A stretch of DNA of 42,872 bases from Octopus bimaculoides (lineage: Eukaryota): NCBI RefSeq assembly GCF_001194135.2, contig NC_068986.1, forward strand, positions 83,717,013 to 83,759,884, in the 5' to 3' direction. Within the stretch, counting starts at the first letter, position 1. The number at the start of each line of letters is the position of its first letter. The translations under genes were made by a program, and so were the position numbers. The notes beneath the pieces were generated by a model that saw nothing but the letters and a program-made list of their open reading frames with translations, had not been told where the DNA came from and did not search any database. Shown in pieces: positions 24,294 through 35,952 of the stretch.

Positions 24294-24295
<2 letters not shown>
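22340..24295 (-). mobile_element. 5'-truncated Penelope-like retroelement (RT C-terminus/thumb + GIY-YIG endonuclease, pseudogenised) with an inverted terminal repeat
   Basis: Minus-strand translation with stops/frameshifts: YKLDIIFENIAKQVNFLDITLNLNNGLYYPYHKPN (~24105-24000); NHPPRII...IFNNHAPLYNTALRNSGF; WFTMPFS...HPIFNRSTLKLSYSLTPNL; SCNCHSREGCSLKG; KNVVYKCEIT...IYTGSTVDFKTR (GIY-YIG-type); STVLSIYINQLK...CKLCTKE...LLNKISEALIVCRH (ends ~22915). 22355-22532 is inverted-repeated at ~24107-24295. Confidence 0.9.
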
Positions 24296-24298
<3 letters not shown>

Positions 24299-24329
<31 letters not shown>

Positions 24330-24333
24330 TCAG

Positions 24334-24408
<75 letters not shown>
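24299..24408. repeat. (TA)n and (GA)n microsatellites
   Basis: Direct reading; immediately beyond the inverted PLE repeat. Confidence 0.9.
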
Positions 24409-24410
<2 letters not shown>

Positions 24411-26909
24411 GGGAATTAATTTATGGCCAATATAATACCAACAGTCAGGTGAAGCAGGGGAGTGGTTAACCAAGTTAGCAAATTATTTGATTATTTTGTG
24501 GTTTACAGTTTCAATAAAAATTCTCTCAGGAAATATTTAATGAGAACACTCTTTTTTAAAAATAAGTTGTCATTTAACTCCAGGTTAACACTAATCAAGC
24601 AAATCTATGATGAAAGGCATTCTCACTCTGACCATTCTACTTTTCTCTTGGTATAGTGTTTCTACAACTGCATTATCGAATGTATTCTTTTCTAAGATGA
24701 TAGAGGGTAATTTGAGAAAGACTTGGGTGATATTTCTCTCAGGGCAGGCTCATTGCCACTATAGTTTGTTTATAATTAGTCAACAATGAAATACCCAAGA
24801 GCCTTCAACTTAAACATGCATTGATTAGCATATGTTAGAAGAAAAAATAGAAAACATGGGTAAAGAAGATATTCCAGAAATGTTCTTGCTCTGGAAAGGA
24901 AAGACTGAGACAAAGTATTTATAAGTACCATTCCTGCTCTTAATTTGGTTGATTGTCTTTTATTTAACAGACACTATTCTTGGCAATATACTTCAATTAT
25001 TATAAATTTCAAATACACATACATATTTGAGATTATGTATATATAGACAACCAAGTGAATAGAAGACTGACTGGTAAAAAGTTTGTGGTTCATATATTGT
25101 CACTGGCAATGTGTTGTGTCCATAGATGGTTTAAATATTTAATAACAAAGTGGAAACTAACATACTTTGACCATATATGTCAGACCAAAGTAACTGAAAG
25201 TGGATAGTAAATGGATTGATCACATCAGGGAAAAAATTCAAAAGATGGAAATTCTAAAATATGAAAGCACAACTATTATATCTTTGCGGTGGTTAAAAGA
25301 TCTTGTTATAGCAACTTCGATGAAATTGTCTATCTTTCAATTTTACTTTTCAAGTTTGAATTCAACTTAAATGAATGATTTGTTCAGTGAACTGGTCTTG
25401 TCAATGGTTACTGTCTTTACCCTCAAATCAATGTTTAAATATCACCAATAAGTTTTTACAGCATTTGCAATAAATTAATTGTCACTTTTAGTATCAAATG
25501 TTTTCAAAGATTGAGTCATGAATACTGGTTTACTAATTGTAGTACTGAGATTAAATGCTGTAAATTTTGAATTCAAATTATTTTGCAGTTGTTTGAAATG
25601 TTAAGTAAATGAATCAATTGAATAAACCCAATACTTGAATTTAATTGTTAGCATGCTTTGTCATTTTTTCATGTGGGTAAGATGCCCATGTCTTAGTTGA
25701 AAAAGGCTTATCTTGTGGTTGACATTATGTTGTGTTTTGGATATTGCTCTAACATTCTTATGTACCTAAATTCTCATTATGTTACACACATAACATGGAA
25801 ACTAAGAGAATTCAATATACCAAAGAATATTCATATGTTTGAAGCTTACATAGTCTTGCTGTGGAATCATGGAAAGAGATATACTCTAAGTTTTAGAAAA
25901 ATGGCATCAATATCAGAGCAATATGTTTTTGGTTGGTAGCTTTTGTCAAGTTCTATAAATAGTGGAACATAGGTTTATAAATTTAATTCATTCCTGAAGG
26001 CTGTTTGTCACCCGAAACGTTTGTAAACTGAAACTATTTTTCCCATAGGAAATTCAAGAGATGACATGGTGATTTCAAGCAGGGATGTGCACTGAGCAAA
26101 AGCTAGACAGCAGCTGACACTCTCCTGCTGATATTCCCAGCTTGTCACTAACCGTAGTTGCCAGCTTGCATGTTCATTACTCAAGGCACTGCTCATCACC
26201 TGAGATGTTTTATGTTAAAAAAATTGTTTGTAAACCAATTTGTTCATATTGACAGGCATTCATAAACCAAAGTTCCACTGTACTTAACCTTGCTGTTTTT
26301 CTTAGAGACCATAGCTTGTTGTTCTATAGACATATAGACATTTCACAGCAAGACTAGTCTTGTTTTGTTTGCTTCAAATTTCAGTCTTGAAGAGTCTGTG
26401 AAGTCTATAGGAACAGCCCCTTCTTCCAAAGAAATCCCATAAAAAAATTTATATTCAAAGCACTATTTAAAATTTCACAGTATCAGAGGTATTCAGAAAT
26501 CCCAAAGTTGAAAACATTGAATTATTTATTTTGAAATTGTTTTATTCTAAAATTTGTATTACTATCTCCAACTCTTGTTTAGATTATGTTTTAGCAATGT
26601 TTTGGTCTTTGAAAGTAACTATAATAAAATTCTTATAGTGTTTCTCTTACTTTCTCCCAAGACTAAGTGTCTTGCTAAAATATGCAATGTTTTGGTTTTT
26701 GTTGCACCATAACTTCTATGGCCTCCTCCTTCATGTTTCTTGATTTCCTTTGTATTTCCCTCTTTGCATTAGTTGTTGTTATTTGGCTCTAACATAGCTA
26801 TGATTGAATGAACATATTTATGGCTAAAGGTTTTCAAATTATATCCATCCTGCTTTTTATTCAGTCTTAGTGTAGAATTTCAGAGTGATTTGACTGCTAT
26901 TTTCAGCTG

Positions 26910-27200
26910 GTCAAGAGACCCTATAGAGCTTCCCTCATTGACTCCATGCTGCATTGTATATATCAACACATGTCTTAATTCTTCCATAAGACCAATTATT
27001 CTGAGATTTAACCTCACTGCTTCCTCCCATATCTTTCACAATTTTTCTCTAACATTTTTTCTCTTCCTCTTGTACTTTTATCACCCAGTAGTCATTATCC
27101 ATTCACATCACATCTCCATACTAATGCAGTTATCTAATCCTGCTGATGCTGTTAATGTTCAACTGTCCTTTCTGCTCCAAATCTTACTGAGATATTATCC
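26910..27200 (-). mobile_element. RTE-clade LINE 3' end relic
   Basis: Minus translation YGDVM*MDNDYWVIKVQE and KIWEEAVRLNLRIIGLMEELRHVL, resembling RTE ORF C-termini (WYGHV.RM...; RP.KTW.E.V..DL..LGL.EE). Confidence 0.65.
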
Positions 27201-27463
27201 TTAATCAGCTTGTTTATCTACTAAAAATCAGGAACACACATGCATGTTTGCATATTTACATTTGTACATGTATGTTATAGGTTGTTGTTTTGCATGTTGT
27301 TTTACATGTTTTGCATTAATGAATGGAACAGAAAGTTCTCAATCCCTTAGTAGAATGTTATAATTATTTCAGTTAACTTAGTAACTAGTTTCCCCAGCTA
27401 ATTCAAACCCTAGAATAACAGACCACTGAATTAGCTGAAATAAATTATATATGTGTATATGTG

Positions 27464-27524
<61 letters not shown>

Positions 27525-27652
27525 NNNNNNNNNNCATAGAAACCAAACCAAATCAGATTGCAGCCTGGGACTGTTCTCCAGCTTGCCAGCTCTGGTCAAA
27601 TTAGCCAACCCATGCCAGAATAGAAAACAGACATTGAAGGATGATGATGGTG

Positions 27653-27698
<46 letters not shown>

Positions 27699-29779
27699 CT
27701 AGGAAAGATAGAAGAGATGTATTTGCTTTTATATATTCAGTATATGTGAGTACATGTTTGGCTCAAACATTTACAAATACCATTGTATATATTTATTAAA
27801 TGTATGTGTGTTTGTAAATGAATGTGTAAGTGTGTAAATTACCTTCTTATCTGAATTTGTATGTATGTGGTTTTCTTTTTCTCCTCATCTTATCTCTCCA
27901 TAAATGCTTGAAAATTATGTAGTTGAAATAAAGTTTGTTTTGGTTCATAACTTAGAACATCAGAGAATTGGTTCCAGTTTGTTGAAAGTTTAAGTAAAGA
28001 TCGCGATCAAAACATTTTTCATATTTTTCTTGTAGCTCCTTCCTTGTTCTTAGTTGGCACAACTGTTGTAATATATCAGCAAGATATGTAGTTTGTATTC
28101 CCACATCCTCCTTACATTAGTACATTTCATGGTACAGCCTTCTGTCTTTATAGAAACATTTAAAAAAGAATCTTTTTACCATTTGTGTTAGTTTATCTCT
28201 GAAAGACACCTTCATCCTCACAGAAAGAACCAACTGTATATTTTATTCATTTTATATTGCAACTTGTAGATAATAACATCATCAGTTATTGGTTTCCAAC
28301 AAGCTTATCTATAGTGCACTACATTTTTGGTGGCAAGAGTAGAAAAGAGTATCTGTAATTCAGTGCAAACAATTTCATTTAGAGTGCACCAGGTTTTCAA
28401 TAACATTTATCATACATACAATGGCCTACTTCATAGTTTATGTCTACCATGTTCCACTTACAACATATTAGTTATCCCAAGAATACAATGGAAGATACTT
28501 GCCCCAGGTGCTGCTCATCATGATGGAACCCAGAACTACTTCTTAACCACACAGCCATGCTTGTACCTATATCATATTGAATTACCAGCTCAGCAATCTC
28601 AAGTTCAAGATTGACCATAGTCATTTTGGGTTGTATACTTAATTTTACATCCCTCAGCTCACTTTACCACTGAGAATAGATATTAAATCACCTGTGAATG
28701 AAACCTGCAACAGACTTCTGTACTCTCCAGAGAGATACTTACCTTCTATCTGTTTAAGACCATGAAGCCAAAAGTAACCGCTACCCAATGATATGTTGAG
28801 GGAGTTTGTGTGGTCAGCCATTTAGCTAGAATTATCGACTGAATCTTGCTCAAATTACTTTCTTAATGTCTTAAAAGAATTGAAGGACATATTGTATAAT
28901 GTAGTGCAGGATGGTCACTGCAGAAATGCATGATTCTCAATCAAAGTCAACCTAGGTTTAATCCAGCCCTCAAAAGCATGAGGGGTTAGAAAGAAAAAAA
29001 TAAAAAATAAAATAAAAGACATTTATCAACTACCTGCTGCATCTGACACTTAAAAGTCAATGTTTAATTGTCTGCACAATGTGTTAATAAAATTTAAAAT
29101 TCATGTCTACATGTGTGTGCCTTTAACTGCATTCTCAATGCCATCAACTGTCAGAAGTTACTGCAGCAGTACATCACCACTGAATACAACTTTAAATCTA
29201 TCAGGTAGTCACATTGCTAAAGTCTAAATAAATGAAAAAATAAATTTATTTATTATCCATGTTTCACTAAAATGTACACCTGCAACTACTTTGTTCAAGC
29301 TCAGCATAAATAGACTGTTTTACTGCATTCTTTATTCACTAGTTTTACTGTTGTAGTCATAGCAACTACTACACACTTTTAATGTTAATCTTGCTATGTA
29401 TTGCAAGTCTTTTATGTATCTTAATGTAGAATTGAAAAAAAAACAAAACAAAACAAAACACTGGAAATAAATAAAATGCTCATTGTTTGCTCTTATTGAG
29501 AGGCTTATTTCAGTGTCTGAAAGTGATGTTGGTGGTGATGGTAGTAGTTTAGCAATAGGTTAGCCTTAATTTAGCATACCTATGATCAAAGGCTTTCCAG
29601 CAATAACCAATCACAGAGTCTACATTGCCTTATGTGTTCTGTGTTTATAAAACAGTAGAGTGTGATTTGAGGGAGGTTCACTAGCTTCATCTAGTAGCTA
29701 GTGAATCTCCATCACTTCAATGTTTATGCATTAAGCATCTTTTATAGCAATGTTTTAGTTTTGTTGTATGTTTGTAATC

Positions 29780-29925
29780 ACTATCATCATCACCACCACC
29801 ATTATCGTTATCATCATCATCATCATCATCATCATCATCGTCATCATCTTCAATGTCAATGCCATTGTTGTATCCTCCCCCTCTTCCACCTCCTAAACAT
29901 CATCATCATCTTCATCTTCATCATG
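29780..29925. repeat. Degenerate (CAT)n tract
   Basis: Direct reading; explains the poly-His ORF at 29701-29943. Confidence 0.9.
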
Positions 29926-31070
29926 TCCAATTTACCATACTAGTATTGATCAAATTGGCAATTTTTAAACACCTTCCCCTTCACTAGCCTTGCATCAATG
30001 GATTACACATAAAGGTGTGTGTATTTATTTTGAACATTTCATTCTCAATGTTCTCACCAATAAGTAATTTCTTTGGCAGTATTTTATCACATGGTAAACA
30101 ATACTAGTCTCTGTTATTGATATTCTATGGAATGGTTCCTACCGATGATGACATTTTATAATAGATGATAGGATGTCATCATTAAAGAATGAAAGAGATG
30201 ATAGCTAATAATGGAAGTACTTACATCACTTTGGGAGGTTGCTGTGTATTTCATATTCTTGTCTCCATTATATATCCATTTAACATGCCGATACATCTTT
30301 GTAAAGAACTCCTTTTTTATCTTTCCATGTGTTTGTGTGTATCTATTTGAACATCTGTTTTTATGCTATGTATGAATTTGATTATGTATGTGTACTAACC
30401 AGTGTGTGTACATGTACTTACATGCATGTGTATACATGTGTACACAACATCATATTTTTTTTTCCATTGTTGACTGTATTAGTCAATATTTGATATTGTT
30501 AACTGTTGTTAGGTATAGGCATAGCTGTCTGTTCAAGAAGCACACTTTGCCACTATTGTTCTGGATTCAGTCCCATTGCAGAGTATCTTTGATGTGGCTT
30601 GATGAAATACTTTGTGGGTGAAATTTCATAGACAGAAACTGCGTGGATTTCTGCCGTGTATATTTATATGGGTGCCTGCATCAATGCTTGGGCTTATGTT
30701 TACACCAATTAACCAGTGTTGTGTTTTTGTCCCATTTATCCCCTAATTAGTGATTCACCAAATAGAGATCAATAAAATAAATACCAAACTGAAATAGCTC
30801 TTTACACAATCAGCATAACTATTTTAGTACTTGCTTAACTTGGAACAAAAACCAAAGCAGAATGTTTCTTAAGGAAGAGGAGCAAACACTAGCAGTTATT
30901 GCTTCCACCTTAGAGCTTCTACATTGAATTGGACTGATATAAAGAGTTCTGATCATTGGGTAGCCTAAAAACGTTTCTCCACTTCTCAGTATTGTTCAGC
31001 AGGGAATAATATCACAATGCTTTCAGTACTCACTTGACTCAATTTGACGCCATAGTTTTCTAATAACACT

Positions 31071-31174
31071 GGAAAAGATATTAGCATCACTTAATCCCAC
31101 CTATTGCTTATGGGAAAGATATTAGCATCACTTAAGTCCATAAAATTTTTGGGAAAGATATTAGCACCACTTAA
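31071..31174. repeat. Three 24-bp repeats separated by divergent 15-17-nt spacers (minisatellite)
   Basis: GGRAAAGATATTAGCAYCACTTAA at 31071, 31112 and 31151. Confidence 0.9.
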
Positions 31175-32530
31175 CCCCTAATATTCTCGTGAAAGGCATT
31201 TCCCTTCCAACTTAGCTTTTCATTTTCCCCTAAACATATGGGGGTAGGAGTTTGTTTGTGTGTGTTTTATCAAAGAAACCAATATTTACTTATTTAGAAA
31301 AACAAAATATAGATGTTTAGTACTCAGTGACACCATCCACATGATAATAGTTAAATAAGGGTAAATATGTTTAATGTAGAGCACCAAAAATCTGATTAAA
31401 AATACTAATATCTTAAGAAGGAAATTGTATCTCAGTTACTAATATTGTTTGTATCATTTCAACAATTATAGCAGACAACTCCAGACAGGTTTCAGTGTTA
31501 TTAGATCTTCCCAGTGAAATATAAACTTCACAATATTTACTTAGCTCAGTGAGCACTAAAGAGTAGGAGATAATTTCCCTAGCAAACTGAGTCTGCAAGC
31601 TGGTTTTGAGTGACTATTATTACTAAGTACTTCTTTAGTGACACCAATGCCCACTACCTCACATTGAGAAAGGCTGGAACATCATTTTAATCTTATTCTT
31701 CTTTCAGAGAAGTTTTCTATGCCTTGTATTTTAGTAAAAAAAATCAATATTCTTAAGAAATCTGAATACATATTTATAAACTGAAATCAATTGAATAGAA
31801 AGAAGGAAATAAAAATGACTAAATATATTTTGAAAATTTAAACATTTCAAAATCCTGAATTCATTATCATATCGATTGGATTGAAGTATAAAAAGGAAAG
31901 TTTATACAAAACATGAATTTATATACTCTTTTTATAGATTATAGTCAGTGTGTCTTATCCATACTGTGTAGGTGGTGGTGGTAGTGAGAGCAGTAGCTGT
32001 AGCAAAAGGTAATCACTAGTATATTGTTTAGTGATTAGTTAGTCAGCTGTTATTGAGTTTGAGTGTGGTCTGGGAGTTGCTATGTAAATATTAAGATAGT
32101 CTGATACGAATTGAGGAAGCTTGATATTTATTAGCATTATAAATAGTGGTGGATTAGTTTGGCAGGCCTGCAGACAAAACAGCATACATTGGAATATTTA
32201 GTTACATCTCTTTATGCTGTGATTTCAAATCCTGTTGGGTTGACTTCATATCATTCTTCTGGACTCGATGAAGTACCAATTCAGTTCTGACATTGTACTT
32301 TTCTTAGAAATAGTTATTAATAGCAATAACAGTGCACTGTAAAGTAATTGTTTTTTGCAGGAGAAATATCCAGCTGAAGAAATCATACCGAAAACAGAAC
32401 ATATAAGTGTAATGTGGCCCATTAACTTGTATGTGGCCCTATAACTTGTCTAGGAGGACAGTAAATTCAAACTAGCCCAACCCATGCCAGCATGGAAAGT
32501 GGCCTTGAGATTAATAATAATAATAATAAT

Positions 32531-32736
32531 GATTTCAAATTTTGGCATAAGGCAGAGTCAGTTACATCAACCCAGTGCTCAACTGGTACTTAACTGGTAC
32601 TTATTTTATCAACTCCCAAAAGGATGAAAGATGAAGTCAACCATGGGGGAATTTGAACCCAGAACATAAAGGCAGACAAAATACTGCGAAGTATTTTGCT
32701 TGGCGTACTGCCAATTCTATCTGCTCATCGCCTTAA
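32531..32736 (-). mobile_element. tRNA-derived SINE (second family)
   Basis: Reverse complement of 32837-33055; B box GGGTTCAAATTCC on minus. Confidence 0.8.
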
Positions 32737-32836
32737 TGATCCTTTCTATGATAGGCACAAGGCTTGAAATTTTGCGGGGAGGAGGCTAATCAGTTACAGC
32801 AACACCAGTGCTTGACTGGTAATTATTTTATTATTA

Positions 32837-33055
32837 TTAAGGTGGTGAGCAGGCAGAATTGTTAGCACACCAGACAAAATGCTTAGTGGCATTTTGCCCA
32901 TCTTTATGTTTTGAGTTCAAATTCCACCTGGGTCAACTATGTCTTTCATCCTTTTGTGACTGATAAAATAAGTATCAGTTGAGCACTGGGGTTGATGTAA
33001 TCAACTTAATCCCTCCCCTAAAATTGCTAGCCTTGTGCCAAAATTTGAAATCATT
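32837..33055 (+). mobile_element. Full-length tRNA-derived SINE (second family) with conserved central domain
   Basis: TTAAGGTGGTGAGCAGGCAGAATTGTTAG...GAGTTCAAATTCC (B box)...CTTTCATCCTTTTGTGACTGATAAAATAAGTATCAG, resembling the central domain shared by metazoan SINE superfamilies (Deu/Nin or Meta; exact assignment uncertain); (ATT)n tail. Confidence 0.8.
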
Positions 33056-33338
33056 ATTGTTATTATTAAAGTTATCATTATTATTATTATTCAAAAATCA
33101 GTATAAAAATTGAAATGTATTAGTACATTGATCTATGTGTTAACTTGCTATTTTTATGACATACCTACCTAAATGCACTAGTTCCAGTGTGCCTTGTACT
33201 CTAGATCGTTTGCTGAACTTTTTTTCCAACTATTTACACTGTAATCAAATTCCTCTGATATTTCCTCTCTGTTCAAGGTTTCTCTGCTACAACTGACAAC
33301 ATCAATACTTTCACAAATTATTCTCCTCTCTATCTGGA

Positions 33339-33443
33339 TGCAGACATGGCTCTGTGGTTAAGCAGTTTGCTTTACTGATACATAATCCTAGGTTCTATTT
33401 CACTGTTCAACTTATTAGGCAAATGACTTCTGTGTGGAAGCCT
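33339..33443 (+). mobile_element. Diverged SINE tRNA-like head
   Basis: GCAGACATGGCTCTGTGGTTAAGCAGTTTGCTT aligns to the 1705 head. Similar heads lie at ~18561-18710(+), 28440-28565(-), 30540-30660(-), 35380-35500(+), 35700-35845(-) and 37230-37400(+). Confidence 0.6.
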
Positions 33444-33490
33444 GTTGATTGGCTTATACTTGTTCTTGGTTGATGGACTGAATCTGTCAC

Positions 33491-33607
33491 CTGATTTAAT
33501 ACCACCACCTGGTTCTTCTTGGCTTTTTGGTGTCTTTGCTTCAAACATTTGCACCAGGTCTCTGATTTGAGGGTAGTTTTCTCTTTGTACCACTAAGCTT
33601 GCAGATC
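33491..33607 (-). CDS. Candidate 117-nt internal exon (phase 1-1), product unknown: (G)SASLVVQRENYPQIRDLVQMFEAKTPKSQEEPGGGIKS(G)
   Basis: Acceptor CATTTTTCAG| at 33608, donor |GTGACA at 33490, open frame, non-repetitive, protein-like composition. No homology recognised and no partner exon confirmed. Confidence 0.35.
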
Positions 33608-33905
33608 CTGAAAAATGTCATGGGTGATGTCCTTCATCTTCTGACTTGGCCAGAAATTATTATGATTACTGATCTCTTCTTAGACTAATTAATGGAATTA
33701 GATATTGAACCTGCTAACACACTAGGAATTCTATTATTATTATCAGTTAAATATTTTGATATATTTCTTGAACAAATAATTAATTTATTTTGAAACATAT
33801 TTATGAATATTCCACTTTTTATTTCTATTTTCAGGTTCCTGTCATACTTCATATTTTGTAAGTTGTCTTTATCTCAATTATTCTATCATCATAACATGCA
33901 TGCAT

Positions 33906-33948
<43 letters not shown>

Positions 33949-35914
33949 ATATAATGATGATTACATAATTTTAATAAATCATCATTATATAGCTATTTAC
34001 CTAAAGTTATTTAACTATAAACAGCTTCACAATAACCATCGATACACACACACACCAATAGCTTTCGGTTCAGTGACACAAAATAGTAATAACAGAAGGT
34101 ACTTTGGCAAGTGCTTTCTACTATTCCTCTGAGTTAATGAAAACCATATGATTGGATTTGGTAAGAAGCCTGCTGAATATATAGATATGTATGTATGTAT
34201 GCATACATATATATGTATATATGCATGCATAATTATGTGTGCTGTTGATGTGTTTGTTTACATCTGAGCTCTTTTGTCATGACACTTACATAGTGTTGTG
34301 TATTGGCATCTCTCATGTTGATATATCATCCATTACTTTGTGCCTTTGAAGTCATGTGGAATAAGAGATCTTTCACTTGAGAAACATGTATGGGCACCAA
34401 GCTATAAAACAATGCTTCAAAGACATAGCTGTTTGAACCATGCTTGCATGGAAAACTGGACATAAAGCAAATAAATGAATGAACAAGATGTGTATATCAG
34501 AATGGCTTACAGATAATAACACTTTTTTTCTCTCAAATTATTTTCTTTTTTATATTTGTTAAGAGGAATCTTTCCCAAAATGTAATAGAAACATTAAACA
34601 ACCTATATAAGGTAATACAATATATTTTTGTTATGTTTTTATTGGCATTACCTTAAGGTCTTTTAAAATATTTATGTCATTTGCATATTACAAAGCTTCA
34701 AGCTAATTACCATACTGTTTTATATATGTATATAAGAATTTAAGTCTTCATTTGAAGTGTGCTAGTGCCTGGATAACAAAAGGTACTTTTGGCTTATAAC
34801 TGCTGGGTTTGGCTACCCTTAGTGGAAAGGTTATACACATCATCTGCTCAGCCGTAGATTACATTATGTAGATAGAACAGAATTGTCTTTGTTTTGTTTT
34901 CCTTAGTTGCCATATTAGTATTTTTTTAATCACAAATAGGACTCTCTCTAGCTTTCAATGGGGGAAAAAAAAACCCATACATATGTGTAAATATGTATAT
35001 GTTTATGCAAATACATGTGCATAAATATTTCATTTACACAATAGACTACATACTCTGAGCAGAGATAGAAGTGAGAAGACAGCATATATCATCTACAATA
35101 CTTTTATATAACCATAGCTATATAAATTGCAATCAAAATTAATGTAGCCTTTTTTATTTTCTTTCAACTTGTCCTCAGGTTGTAGACTTACCTCTCATTT
35201 TATGTTATTTGGCATATTTATGTTGTTTGGCATATTGTAATGATCCAGCTTACTATCTTTGAGAGTAACCATGGTGAATACAAGCAGTCGTGATCATCAC
35301 CAAAGTAATAGATACTTTTCTTTTGGTGCTTCTGCTGTTAGAGTTGATAAAATTAGTATCAGTAATATAATGCGGTGATGCTTGGCTGTGTATACTTAGA
35401 AAGTTCACTTCCCAACCTCTGGTTCTGAGTTTGATACCACTGTGTGGCACTTTGGACAAATATCCTCTGTCATAGCCTCAAAATGGCCAGTGCCTTATTT
35501 ATTTATTTATTTATTATTGCAGTTGGTAAACAAACACTTTTTGATTACAGTTCTCTAACTGAGGCCAGTCTCTATATCTGATAGTATGAGTGTAAGGGAA
35601 TACCTTGTAATTTGGCATATTTCTAGAAGACTTGTTCCTAAAGCCTTTGTTTTTCAGTTTTCTCTCTTATGTTTATATCTTTCACCAATATACAGTAGTG
35701 AAAGATACACACACACACTTGATGAATGTCAACACAGTTTCCATCTACCAAATTCCATTCGCAAGATATTAGTCAACCCAAGATAATGGTAGAAGATACT
35801 TAAGGTTGTAGAGTAAACTGTTTAGCCACACAGCCATGCCTGTAGCCCTTGTGAGTGTAATTTGGTTAACAGAAACTACGTGGAAGCCTGTTATATATAC
35901 ATGTGTTTGTATGT

Positions 35915-35952
<38 letters not shown>

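Noticed and set aside
25985-26025. Hammerhead-like CTGAA-GGCTG-TTTGT-CACCC-GAAACGTT
   Set aside because: Core lacks the GA of CUGAnGA, stem I does not pair, and no PLE context is visible.
26050-26097. Possible terminal plus exon (NSRDDMVISSRDVH*) after TTTTTCCCATAG
   Set aside because: Only an acceptor and a short ORF; no upstream partner.
31071-31174. CRISPR array
   Set aside because: Eukaryotic repeat-rich context, only three units, 15-17-nt spacers and no cas genes; kept as a minisatellite.
32361-32410. Exon-like EKYPAEEIIPKTEHI after TTTTTGCAG
   Set aside because: It is a decayed SINE tail (cf. GGGCATCCAGCTGTAGAAA...CCAACCCATGCCAGCATGG).
33835-33857. 23-nt plus microexon between a strong acceptor and GTAAGT
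   Set aside because: Too short to evaluate; such site pairs occur by chance in AT-rich DNA; opposite strand to the better candidate nearby.
35254-35334. 81-nt minus exon candidate (QKHQKKSIYYFGDDHDCLYSPWLLSKI)
   Set aside because: Phase 0-0 is incompatible with direct splicing to the phase-1 candidate at 33607; no recognisable homology.
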